Shown: positions 26,101-39,598 of the stretch, piece after piece
Position numbering within the stretch: position 1 is the stretch's first letter
Layout: the number at the start of each line of letters is the position of its first letter
NCBI GenBank assembly: GCA_904063045.1
Contig: CAJFCJ010000024.1
Coordinates: forward strand, 1-64,000
Source: Dimorphilus gyrociliatus
Taxonomy: Eukaryota > Animalia > Annelida
DNA length: 64,000 nt
Direction: 5' to 3'
Translations under genes and position numbers: made by a program
Notes under the pieces: generated by a model
Databases searched by the model: none
What the model saw: only the letters and a program-made list of their open reading frames with translations
Told to the model about the DNA's origin: nothing

Positions 26101-26974
26101 TTAAATAATTTTATTAATATTTCTCTTATCGGTATTAATTATGCTCCTGTTATTACAAAACTTTAATAATCGTCAATCACTATGAATTAATCAAATTTCA
26201 ATTGTTTTTATTGACAAACAAAGGATTATAATACTGTATATGCGTTATATATATTTACAATATACTTTTTACATGACATACCACAGCTATCAATGAAGAT
26301 TCTATACTATTTTTAGAATTCCACTATTATTCTTTTTATACAAGCAATACTGATCTATCACTTTCTTTTAAATTCAAAGGCCTATGTCTATAAAAAGAGC
26401 GTAGAATCAACTGTGAAAGGAAAATGGGTAACCGGTTTTGTACGTATTGAACACTTTTTGAATGTGTGGAACATGTAACCTTTTTATTTTGGATATGAGC
26501 TAGCTGCAGAATTTAGCCAGTAACAATCAGTACAGCAAATTATCTATTAACAGAAGGCCTATATTGAAGCGGTATAAAACATCTGCTGTGTTGAATAATC
26601 ACTTTCGGATTTACTTGAGCTGGGACGTAGTGTTGATGAATTTGAACTAAATATACGTTGTTTCTTATAGTTCTTTTCTCTCTTTCTCTCTCTTATTGAT
26701 AATTCAGAGACGATTTTGAATAGTTTTATCAGACTCAGATTAAAAGGTTGACAACTATTCAAGAGTAGAAGGAAGAAGAGTATATTGATATTAAAATAGA
26801 TATGGATATATGGCTTGTTTTTTAATAGAATATATATATATATATGATTGAATAATAGAATATATATTGAAGAAGAAAAAGTCAAGTTGAAATTTATGAA
26901 CTTTTTCATACAATATTTGGCCTTTTTTGTTGAAAAATAGTATGATATTGAAACTAAACTAAAGAGAAAAAAAT

Positions 26975-29900
26975 ATGTCGGAAAAGGAGAAGATGACTAG
27001 TAAAAATGGTAGTAAGAATGGATATGGTACAATTGATGATGTAGAAATTCAATTAGTCGAAAGAAATAACGAAGAAGAGGTATATTCTATTTCGTTAGAT
27101 ATCATTTTTTTTCTATAGGCTGAATAGGGACATATTTTTGTGATGTTTATTAACTATTATCTATATTTTCAAGCGCTAAGCATATATGACAAAAATTATA
27201 GATTATACCCAAAAATATACATAGGAGTAATAATTCCTACTATTATTCAATTTTTAAAATATAGGCATTTTCCTCGTATTGTCTATAAAATACAGTGAAA
27301 TATAGTTAACTTCCTAACTATATATATATATATATATATAGGAATTTATATAGTTTATTAAAGTGTTAACTATTTTATATTTACTCAGTATATTCCTATA
27401 TGTAACAGGTGTTGACTTTTCAATCGATTTTTAAAAGCATCCCAGAAAAAAATTCATAACACGCTTCCACAAATAAAAAAGAACTCAATTTTTACCCATA
27501 AAAAAAACTAATTTATCTGTTAAAATGTCAAAAAAGATTTTCTTTTTCTTTTTAAAAAAAAAAAAAGAAATCTTTTTTTTCTTTTTGTTTTTAACTTTCC
27601 TCTCTCACAGAGATTATATACATTTAGATGTATAAGGAAAACTATAATCTGTAATAATATAATGATTAAAGCTAAGGAGAGGGAAAAAAGTAGAAAAAAC
27701 AATAAACTATGATGTTTTTATTCAAATTTTTTAATATTATTTATTAATTTATTACAGACATATGGTTTGAAAAGTATATGGGTAAAATGAGATTTAACTA
27801 GATAAATGCATATAGTTATCTATCTATATATATATACTGTATATATATATACATTTATATACATATGTAATTAATAATTTACCTCTTATAAATATCAAAG
27901 GGATTGTCAATTCAAAATCATTCTGTATAATTCTCACTAGTTCGCATTTTTTCTTACAGCTGTTGTTCAAAGTTATGTTCAATTTTATGCTTTAAATTTA
28001 AAGGATTACTTTTTCTACCGTAAAACGCTTTTATTATTGTTCATTTCCTTTTATTTCTACTTGAAAAACAATCAATATTGCTTTATATCCAAGGGATTTT
28101 CTAAATTTTATCCTATAAAGACATGTACAGCATGTATGCATAAATTTGTCTATTTTTAGTAAGCAGTAGTAAAAAATTGTTTCCTTGTTTATTCAATTCC
28201 AAACAATTTAATTTTTTATTAATAATTTTATTTTTAGCGTCCATGCGGATCTGAGAAAACAACCTACTTTAATGATGGAAAACGAAAAATCGGTTTGTTA
28301 TACAAGAAATCATTTAAATATTAATAAAACAAGATATTTATTAATGAAAATCTAGACTTTGTTATTGTTTACGAAGAACAAAGTAATGCTGAAGATAGCG
28401 AAACAAAATCTGATAAACAAGTTTTAGATGAAAGTAAAGTGCAGAAGAAATATCGGCGATGGAGAACGACCTTCATTGAAAATTTAAAAGACTTGGGAGG
28501 TCAACACCCAAGTTTGGCCGAGAAAGGATTAGAGCTTGAAGAGGTTGAACGAATTTTCTATACTTTTGCATAAATTTTATGTTATCGATTTAATAAAAAA
28601 ATGCCAACATTTCTCTTTAGGAAATTTCTATTGTTGATAAGAAAGAACTTCATTTCATTAAGATACACTGTCCATGGCCTGTTTTATCCTACTACGCTGA
28701 AGATTTATCATTTAGAGCTCCTCTACAAGTAAATATATTGTTTTTGAACTTGTAATTTATTGACTTTTAATGATTTTTGATTTTTTTAAGGCTCATCAGA
28801 GACCAACAATAAATTGGTCTGACAGGGTACTTTCCACTTTAAATTTACCCAATATTATGAAAGAGGATGTTCCTAATAAACCACTAGATTTCAACACAGC
28901 AGCTTTTAAATTATCCAAACTAAAGACGTATTTATTTTCAATAAACATTATATATTTCCTTTATAACGTAATCTATAATATATTTTTTTATCCAGTTATC
29001 TGGGTAGCGAGGATACGGATACATTCTTTTCTAATCGCGAAAGACAAAGAATCACTTGGGAAATATTAGTAAGCGTCGTATTTGGTAAAAGTACAGAATG
29101 TGGTATAGAAAGACTTTTAGATTGTGGAGCCTTCGTTGCAGCTTATCCTCTACATGACGTAAAAATTGATTAAATTAATAATGATAAATTTTCTTGGAAT
29201 TAACAGTCTTTTCTCTTTTTTAATCTATTTTTAAAGGGTCCCTACGAAATGCCAGTAAATAATGAAGAAGGAGAAAAAAAAGTATTAAATATGAGACAAA
29301 TACTATACGAATATTGGGGAAGATGGGGAAAATGGTACAAATATCAGCCAATGGATCATATTAGACAATATTTTGGCGAAAAGATAGGAATATATTTCGC
29401 CTGGTTAGGTAATTAGAGTTAAAATATCTAATTACTAAAATTCATTTTATTACATATTAACAATCATTATAAAATTTTAACAAACGATAATTAATTATAG
29501 GCTTCTATACTGCTTGGTTAATACCTGCATCTGTTGTTGGAATTCTAGTCTTTTTCTATGGTGTTGGCTCAATGTTTTGGGATGTACCTGCGTACGTTTT
29601 TTATTCATTCATTTAATAACTAATAAATCAATATCCTCTTCCGTTTTTTATTACATAACTAGTAAGGAAATATGCGAAAGTGGAGATACATTTAAAATGT
29701 GTCCCTTATGCGACAACGGCTGTGGTTATTGGAACATGTCGTCGGTATGCTTCTATCAAAAGTTGGCTTATCTATTCGATCATCCTGGAACTGTGTTTTA
29801 TGCCGTATTTATGAGTTTTTGGGGTATGATACGATAATATATCTATTGTGTTTTCGTTCTATTTATAGTTATGTACAGAAGAGGGCGCTTATTTTGAAAA

Positions 29901-31972
29901 TTTTCTTTTTATTTTTATTTAGCTGTTACATTTTTGGAGTATTGGAAAAGAAAAAATGTATCATTAGCCCATCATTGGGATTGCTTAGGGTACGAGGAGG
30001 AAGATGAAAGACCTAGACCTGAATATGCCGCCTTGGCTCCAGCCAAAGAAAAGAACCCTATCACAGGTGTAATGGAACCACATTTCCCTCCTAGAGATCG
30101 AATACCGAGATTGCTGTCAGGAATAGCGGTTATCGTTATCATGATGGTCTTGGTTATAATATTCATTGTAGCTGTTATTCTCTATAGGATTATAATAGCA
30201 GTACCGATAGTCAAGAATCCAGTATGTTTCAATATATGATTAATACCAGAGTGTTAGTTTATAATTATTGCGTAATTATATTCATTTAGGTTCTTAGACC
30301 AAGAGCTCAAACAATAGCGAGTATGACAGCAGCCGTGGTTAACTTGATAATAATTATGGCTTTGGGGAAAGTTTATGAATTGCTGGCACATAAACTTACT
30401 CAATGGGGTTATTAATTATTATTAATAAATTCTACTTACTAAACGTTAATTAATTAATAATTATTTATTGTTTTATAGAAATGCATAGAACTCAAACAGA
30501 ATTCGAAGATCATTTTATATATAAAGTCTTCATTTTTCAATTTGTCAACTTTTATTCGTCTATTATTTATGTTGGCTTCTTTAAAGGAAAATTTGTCGGA
30601 TATCCAGGACACTATACAACATTTTTTGGCCTAAGGAACGAAGAGGTATATACTCTCTCTTTCCCCATCAGTTATTCTGTTATTTTTTTAATCAATAAAC
30701 TTCTTTTCTCTTTCTTTCAATTGTTAATTTAAAACTATAATGTTTCTTTTATCTCTTTGTTATTAAAGTGTCAAAATGGTGGATGCTTAATTGAATTGGC
30801 CCAGCAACTAGGCATTATTATGATTGGTAAACAAATGATCAATAACGCTCAAGAGCTCATCGTACCGTAAGACCATTCAATATTTATTATTGAGTATTAC
30901 ATCAATTATTTTGCAATAAACACTTGACTACAGTAAGATAAAGGGCTTTATTCAAAAGTGGAGGAGGGGTAGTACAAAAAAGAAGGGAGAAATTATTGAA
31001 CGCCCCCAATGGGAAGAAGATTTTGATCTAATTGAAAGTGAAGGATTATTTGCCGAATATCTTGAAATGGGTAAATAGTGTTAATACATCTATAATGAAT
31101 AAAGACATCATGCATTTAACCGCTCATTAATAAAATTTACAGTACTCCAGTTTGGATTCATTACAATATTTGTAGCAGCTTTTCCATTAGCTCCAGTTTT
31201 TGCTCTATTAAATAATTGGATAGAAATTCGATTAGATGCAAGCAAATTTGTATCTGAAACAAGACGCCCTATTGCGGAAAGGTGTGAAGATATAGGCGTT
31301 TGGTTCACCATCTTAGAAGCTTTAGCCCAGTTAGCCGTCATAAGTAATGTAAGAATTTTTTTTATTAAATATTATCAATAGCAGATAAAATATTAAAACC
31401 CGAGATGAACTATTACAATCACTAAAAAAACGTTTTTTTTCATCATTAAGGCATTCCTTATCGCCTTTACATCAACATTTCTTCCCAAGTTATTATATAA
31501 ATATCACTATCGCTGGGATTTAAAGGGCTACGTTAACTTTAGCCTTGCAATAGCACCACCAGATAGTGGGTACAATGAAACATGTCGATATCAGGCTTTT
31601 AGAGACCCTAATGGTAAAGAAACTACATTCTACTGGAATTTATTAGCGGTTCGGTTAGGCTTTATTATTCTCTTTGAGGTAAAAATAATAACGATAATAA
31701 AATCGTTATTTAAGTTATCTATTTTTACCTTTCTTTTTTATCTCTGTAGCACGTTGTCTTCGGAATATGCAGGTTAATTGATATTCTTGTACCAGACGTT
31801 CCAGAAAGTTTAGAAATAAAGATAAAGAGAGAAAGATATCTTGCTAAACAAGCATTAGCTGATATTAATATAAAGGTAAATCATAGTTCTATGTATTGTA
31901 AAGAGATTGTATAATTTTTACATTAAATTCATCTTATAATTGCAGCCGGAAAATGCTGAGGAAAATGCTTAA
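26975..31972 (+). CDS. ANO7: Anoctamin / TMEM16 family channel-scramblase, ANO7-like, multi-exon
   Basis: [68 protein letters not shown]-terminal [23 protein letters not shown] resembles ANO7. The family call is firm; the paralog assignment is less certain. Confidence 0.85.
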
Positions 31973-32628
31973 AGAAGATAAGAAATATCTTTCTATTCTG
32001 TTGCTTTATATATGGTTTTATTTTTAAGTATTCTCTAATTTTTCACTCTCTATCTCCCCTTAAATTACACTAGACATATACTTACTTATACAGTATGCAT
32101 AATATACTCATTATTTAAACACTAACTATAAAATACTACTGTATGTTAAATAATAATAAATATATGCAGTTAAGCCCAAAATTTAGAAGTAGAGATATGT
32201 TTTGCTCGTTTCTTAAAGAAATTAACTTACTCGTATATATACAGTATATATAATATATATATATATATATAGTATATATAATCTTTGTCCGCTTCATTTC
32301 TCCCTTTGTTTTTTTCTTCACACCTAGGTGAATACTAATATTTTGAAGCTTTAATATAAATGTTTATTTCATTTGTTTTTTTTAAAAAAAAAGCAATTTT
32401 TTTGGGGCCATCTGCAGAAAAGAAACAATATTTTTCTTAACAAAAAACTAAAAGAGAAAAGATTAAATTTCTTTAATTTTTTTTTTTAAAAAAAAACTTA
32501 GAAATATCTGATTTAACAATAATAAAAAACTAAAAGTACAACAAATGAAGTATATTTCCAATGGATTAATTAATATAACTAGCATAAAAGGTATATTTAC
32601 CAGGAATGAAAGATAAAGACCCTGTCTC

Positions 32629-32631
32629 TGT

Positions 32632-32665
<34 letters not shown>
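32629..32665. repeat. (TG)n microsatellite
   Basis: TG run with one interruption between the anoctamin and GPCR 3' ends. Confidence 0.9.
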
Positions 32666-32667
<2 letters not shown>

Positions 32668-33048
32668 ATTAAGGAGAGAAAGAGAGAATATATGCATGAA
32701 AGGTTAACATTTACTTCTTCTTTGGGATTGGTAATATTAGTGAAACAATTGTAAACAGTAACTAATTATTATCGTTTAGGTAGTTATTTAATGATTTAAT
32801 CTTGCCTTATGTTGAATAATACAGTATATTTTAACAATGACAAGTACAAACAATATACTTTTTATAATTTATTCATAATTTCTTTAATCATTTTTTTTAC
32901 ATAATATATGATTCGAATCATTTAACTATCGCGTGTTTTCCAACATTGTTCTCATCCTTTAAAGGTTATTACGTAATTCATTAATCAATTACTTCATTCT
33001 AATATCTTCTTATTCTTCTCTCTTAATATTTTATATTTCCTTATTTTG

Positions 33049-36000
33049 TTAGACCCAAGCTTGACCTTCGGTTTTTGTATTCGGTACCGGTATCGAAATT
33101 ATCGGATCCTCGCATTCTGACCTAATTAATGCGTCATAATCGATACCTAAATCGATATCATCGTCTTCAGAGGGGGCAACAATATCCAAAGCTAAAAATC
33201 CGTAATCAATCGATTCACTTGAACTACTACCACTCGCCTGTTTTAATGAATAAAAGCAATATTTTAGTTAAAGTGCAAGTTATTAAATTCTTTTTGGTGT
33301 TTTTTGTCATTGTCTTCCTCTTCTTCTTCTTGTTCTTCTTCTTAAGTTAATGTTTGCCTAAAAACGATAATGAAAGATTTTCTTACCTGTGCTTCCAAAA
33401 CGTATTTATCAAATAGTATTTGCAATCTACTAGATGGCGCGAAACGAGCTAAATCTGAGCCAGGCTTACGTAGTTCTTGGTGAATTACCTGAATGGGAAG
33501 GGAAGAGGGGAAAAAAAAAAGATTAAAAATAGTAAGGGTAAATAAGACTTAATGTAAATAAAAAAAAAATCCGAATCCAATTTTGTATTCCTTACATGTA
33601 AAGCTTCAGCTTTGTATTTATCTTCGACCTTTCTCTTCCTCTTCTTCGGACGAACTTGATAGAATATTAAATTTTCCGATGGTCCATCGGCATACCCAAA
33701 AGTTAACCAATACAAAAATAGTTTCCAAACATATAAAAATCCTTTGGCATATTTGGCTTTGCACAGTACGTTCAATAACGGATTTATGAATAAATTCGAA
33801 AGCAGCACCTTAAAAGCAATATCCTGAAAAATTGGGTTGTAGGACGTTTTCGTGATGGATAAAAGGAAAAGCACCTAAACGAGACAAGACAATAATAGGA
33901 CTATTAAATTACAATAATAACGTGTTTAAAACTCACGCAAAATGGAAGCCAGGTAATGATAAAGGAGGAAGCGCAAAGAGTCATCAATCTTGCTAAGATT
34001 AAGTCTTTCTGTTGTCCATAAGCTTTCTTGTGTAGTTTATCTTGTAGTATGCTTAGTTGTCTGTCATTTTTTGTTTTTAAGAATACTCTTTATTATCTCT
34101 TTTATACAATTTCTCTTAGTTTAAACAAAAGCATTCTAAATTAATATCCATTAAATGCTATTGAATCATTGATTCTTCTTTTTTTTTAAATTTCCCAACC
34201 CATCCCACCCAAAGAATTATTGACTAGCTTTCTTTTTACAAGTACCCACTACTACATGCTGTACTTTTATAGGAATTGTTAAATAAAAAATACTAAGTAA
34301 AAAGGTTGAGGTTTATCGAATGTTTTTAGGTTTTTGAATGGTTTGTCACATTTTTACGTACTTGTTAAAATAGGCTTGTCTTTCCGCTGGAACAGCGGGA
34401 ACACTTTTAACGTTATCCTTTAGCATATTATAGCTGCATTGTCGGTTATAATCGACTGTGTAGGGTCGCTTCATTTTATCTTCGTGTTCACTTTGCTGTC
34501 GTAAAACTCGTACTTTGCAGTTGACAGATTCAACTAATCTTTCTAATCGGCCGTTAAACGCTTGAGAACCTTCGCTCATTCTTGTACTTCGAGTTGAAAT
34601 AGTCGATTCGTCACTTTCTCTTCTAGAACGTAGGAATACAGCAACAGAATGACGTCTCGGTTCTGATGCGTCGTCAGAGACAGTCAACAAGGATTTAGAC
34701 GCCTTGCCTTCGTTAACAGGGAATGTATTAAAAGAGGCCGCCTTCGGGAAGGATTTTTGCGGTGGTGTTGATTCTTTCAAATACCTGATAAAATAAATGT
34801 TATCTATAGAACGATGTTTTCTTTCTATTAATCAAGGATAAATCATTGATCCAAACGAGCAATATCCTCTCAGTGTAAACAAACTTTCTTTCTCAAAAGC
34901 ACACTTTTATTCAATATACAATTTTTTTTAACATTTTACTTAAAATATTGTCGTATCCATTATAATCCCTTTATATTCAAGTACAAACAATGCGTAAAGA
35001 AGTAGAGTCTAAAACCGTGTTTGCTAAGACCTATCCTCCTTACTCTCTCGTAGTAACCTTAACATTTTAAACAAAAAAAAAAAAATTACAGAACTTTAAC
35101 ATATCGACCTACATGTTAACAACATACATACATTAAATAAACAGTAAATATACATTTAAAAAAAAAGAACGCTTATAAACGAAGATCAAAAGAAGAAAAG
35201 ACAAGTTCTTTATTCTTTTAAATAAAAATAAAAAGGTTTCTTTATAAAGAATTTTTTTTAACCCTACTCTTTTTAGATACAACAAATAAAACTAAACAGT
35301 TTTATCCTTTATTTATAGTATACTATATTAACAACATAGAAGAAAAAACATATATATTTATATATATAAGCTGTTAAAACACTTTCGATTGATGTTTCCA
35401 TAGGTTAAACTTTTTCTTTTTTTACTTTTTTTTTAAAAAACAAGGATAAAAACTTTTTCTTAGATTTAAATTTGTCATTAAACAGGTAGCTAATTACTTG
35501 ATCATTTATATGTTAGAAATCTATAAAGAGAAAAAGAAAAGTGAATTTCATTCATTCATTCTTTCCTTTTATTTCTTTCTTTTGTTACCACTTTATTTCT
35601 TTTTTTAATTTCTTTTTAACCTTTATTTCTTGTTAATAGGCTAAAACCGGATGTGTTTTAGGCGAATTCTGAGAAATTTTATGTTTGCAGTCGGCAAAAA
35701 TATATACTTAAATGTAGACGAAAAGCGTCGTCATATGTTAATAATTATCAGTTAACAAATATTTTTTACCAGCTGGATTCTGGTGTTTTGTGTTTCCCTT
35801 TGTTATTTTTAGGAAATTAAAAAAAATATGATAAGGAAAGATGCTTACTTTTCTGAATTGTATCTGATTTTGATTTCGGACGCTCTTTTACTGGATGAAG
35901 TTATCTTGGATTTGGAATGCTTTAAAGTTACTTTCTTGACTAGGTTACCGCACGCTTCGTCAACCTGCTCAACGACTGCCTGTAACCTCATTCTCAAGTA

Positions 36001-38088
36001 CTTTCGTAATATTCTAATAAGAGCGCCATTAGTTAGGATGAACGTTCCCATAACGATGAGGAAGAGAATGGCATTGATGATGACAAGCAGACAATCTGGT
36101 AGAGAAGAACTCTCGGATGGAGAGTAGACTGGAACACACACAGTCCATGTTTCTAAAGTTTTTATGTCGTCCCAAGAAGTCCAAGTTCCAATTATCGTAT
36201 TTAAAATTATCAGACAAATCAAAGAGATCAATATTGGAACAGCTTTACTAATTAGTATTCTATATTTTAAAGGAGACGCCACTGTTATGTAACGCTCGGT
36301 AGATGACAAAACCTAACCAATTAATTGTTATTACTCAAAAAGAAAATTCATTTGATTATGAGTACCTGCACTATGCAAATGGATTTAAGGTAAACGCTCA
36401 AGGACGCCGCTTGAAATTGACAGAGCACTTGCGGAACATGATTAGATTTCTGGAGAAATAGCGATGTGACGTGAAAGGCGAGGAGGCAAAAAATATCGGA
36501 TGAGGCTAAGCACGCAACGAGAATATCTTGTATAGATTTCCTGCTTTGCTGATGTCTGCAAAAATATACAAACCAGGTTGATCAATTAATTAGACGTCTA
36601 TTAGTTGGGTACGTTAGGATTGATCGGATTTTGATATGAGTTATTACCTTTTCTCTTTCAAAAAGTATCATATCGATATTTTCCCCATGACCTTTCCTTT
36701 TCTTTCTGGCGATTGAATCCTTAAAGACCCCCCTTCATTTTCAGATGATATTTTTACAATGGTATAGAATGAGAACAATTCGATTATTGTCAGATATTAA
36801 TTTCGATAAAATATCTGATATTTTCTTAAGCAATCGCCTCGAGATAAGGAAAGTTGACTTTACCGATAAATCCTAATTTATAATGGATACTCTACTATTC
36901 ATAAAGATGAAAAGAAGAAAGAAAGGAAGAGAGAGAGTGTGTGTCTGTGTATGTATGTGTTGAAGAGGAAGAGGACGAGGGTAGAGGGATCGAGACAAAA
37001 GAGAAAAAAAATGTTGATAAATTGCTATTAAAGAAAAACCTATAAAAGAGAAAAGAGAGAAATAATAAAAAACGATTATCCTAATTATTTAGGATATTCC
37101 TTATAGAGTACTAATTTTAACTTTTTTCTCTTCTTTTTCCATTCATTCCTCCCTCTCCTTTTATCATTATTTTGTCTCTCACACTATTCTCCATTTTATT
37201 CTCTCTTCCTTTTTATCATGTATATAGATGTACATGAACTATTCTTTATATCACTTATTCCTTCTTTCTTTCTATCTTTTAAAATTAGATTTATGTAAAG
37301 AACAAAGAGCTTGCCATTCATCTTCTCTTTCCATCTCTATCTATCCATCTATCTATCTATTTACCTATCCCCCTCTCTTTTTCTTCCTCCCTTTCTCTCC
37401 TTCTCTTCTCGTTTTATTACACCTCTTAAACGTTTTTCTTCCTAAAGTTATTAAACGTTTATCTTTAACCTTTCTTCGTCAATTAATTCATTAAGCATTA
37501 TGTATGTATAATTTATGTTTACGTTAGCCCTATTTTTCATTTGCAACTTACATTACTTTTAATCGGTTAATAGACGTTGTACATAATGTAATAGACTAAT
37601 ACGTTAGAAAACGATAGGCCTATAAAGGAATATTTTGTTTTCTCTTTCTCTTTCTCCCGCCCTCTTTCTCTCTCCCTCGCTCCCTTTTTCATTCTCTACT
37701 TCTCTTTCTCTCTATCTATTTATTTACGCGTAAGTTAAACCACCTGCTCAAATTTATACATCCTCATGAATTAATCCGAAATATCATATACTAGTTATAT
37801 TAGTATATATATATATATTTCCATATAGAATAATTATTAAGACGTCTCTACATATAGGCTCAAAATAGCATAGAATTTATATTACAATTTGCCAGAGTTG
37901 AGAGTTTTCTTATAAGGTGAAAATAGACAATTTTAACATAAAGGAACTTACCTTATTATAATAATCGAAATAATTAAAGTAATCAAATTAGCGATTAAGG
38001 CTATAGGAAAAACTGAAGCATAGAATACAATGGCAGAAGCCTCTTTATAGCTAGTAAAATCTTCTAACTGCGAGAAATTTTCACTCAT
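33049..38088 (-). CDS. Orphan class A (rhodopsin-like) GPCR, 8 exons, 644 aa, very long ICL3 and C-tail
   Basis: Exons 38088-37952, 36555-36366, 36312-35849, 34784-34362, 34087-33937, 33874-33596, 33488-33387 and 33237-33049 join in frame (1935 nt). TM1 ALIANL, TM2 LASSD, TM3 LCQF..ERY, TM6 FIITWLPF, TM7 NLFINPLLN. Confidence 0.85.
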
Positions 38089-39598
38089 TCCTCTCCCGGA
38101 TGAAACAGGCGAATGAATTAGCGTTTCATTGATCAGTCGCTTTTATTTATATCAATAAGCGGCACTCTTTGCGAAAAAAAAAGCTTCTCGCCTATTCGTT
38201 GTTTCTCCTTTGCACCCCTCTAACTTTACTACATTGCTGCCCTCTTCTCCTAACTAATCTCCTTCCCCCTCTTCGTCCCTTTTTTCCACTCGCTTTCACC
38301 CGTATTTTCTCTCTTGTTCTTTCCCAAACACTGTTCACTAAGTCAAATCATTCGTTTCTTATTGTTTTCTATTTACCCTTTCCACCACTTATACCGTTTA
38401 TCGTTTACCTTTAACTGTTTTTAACTTGTAAAATCGCCAATACTTTCCATTCATACCTACATTCCTACATTTTAATTTAAATAATAAATAATAAAATACT
38501 TAATAGACCAATTAAAAGATAAGATTCACTTTTAGTTAAATATTTTTTTCTTTTCTCATTTAACAGGCCATCTGCTCAGCGTTCTTTTTATTATTTATTG
38601 GACGCGTTGATATTTATAGACTGCATCGATTTATTGAACACTTTTTCAATTTCTGTAGGTAGTAAAGTCGTTCGCTGTTGTTAAGTTCCAAAGTGGATAT
38701 TTTCCTTTTTTATTTATTTTTCTTTTAAAAAAATTTTCACTTTGAATTAATCTATTTTATCTTCTCTCTCTTTCTCTCCCAACTCTCCTTTCTCTATTTT
38801 CTCTCTCTTCTCTTCTTCGTCTATACTACATGCTTTCTATTAAATAAGATATTTAAAGAGAAAATTCTCTGAATAGACTTGATTTATATTATATTATATT
38901 ACATAAATTACATTATCTTGTAAAATGTCATCACAGTCGAATAGGATTGTTTAAGGAACATTAAGTATATGAAATAATAATGTCAAAAGTCTTTATTAAG
39001 CCATAATTAAACTGTAAATGATGAGAATCATTAAATAAAGAAGGAAACTTCCCTTTTTTTAAATATTCAAACCATCTTTTTCTTTATTGATAAATAATTA
39101 AAAACAACAGAATTAAAAAGAGAGTGAAAGAGAGAGGAAGAGACGAATAAAGAGAGAGAGAGAGACTTTCCGGAATGAAAGTTAAGAATAGGTATTAATG
39201 GAAAATAAACAAACAATAAAATTAGGAACCACATAGGCCTATAATAAAAGTTGTTATTACTAAAACGTTTTAGAGCCTCTTTAAGTTAAGAGTTTATCTA
39301 TTGAATATTTTATTATAAGCAAATATTTCTTTTGAATATTATAATTACTCAATAGGTTTGTTAGATAAGAAAAGAGTGGTAGATAAGGGGAATGAAATAT
39401 TTCGTCTTATCTAATTTCCATTAATATCATAAATAACGAAAGATAAACGAGTAGGCAAAAGTAGATCATTCATTCCATATAGTTCTTATTCCATTTCCCT
39501 TACATTCAAGCTAATTGAAAAGTTCTTCCTATAATTTACTGACAGAGTTTCGATAATAAAAAAAGACATTCTTTTGGGCCCTAGTCTAAATAAAAACT

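Noticed and set aside
26559-26909. 116-aa minus-strand ORF upstream of anoctamin
   Set aside because: Mostly low-complexity I/Y/F/L from AT-rich DNA, with no family motif or coherent splice partners.
33307-33357. Alternative GPCR terminal exon encoding an Arg-rich tail (ANINLRRRTRRRRGRQ)
   Set aside because: It needs a 29-nt intron (33358-33386), far below the ~53-nt minimum seen elsewhere in the window. The 149-nt intron to 33237 is the plausible one.
37228-38414. Hydrophobic plus-strand ORFs 37228-37494 and 38169-38414
   Set aside because: They derive from polypyrimidine tracts in GPCR intron 1 and its upstream region; the composition reflects the CT bias.
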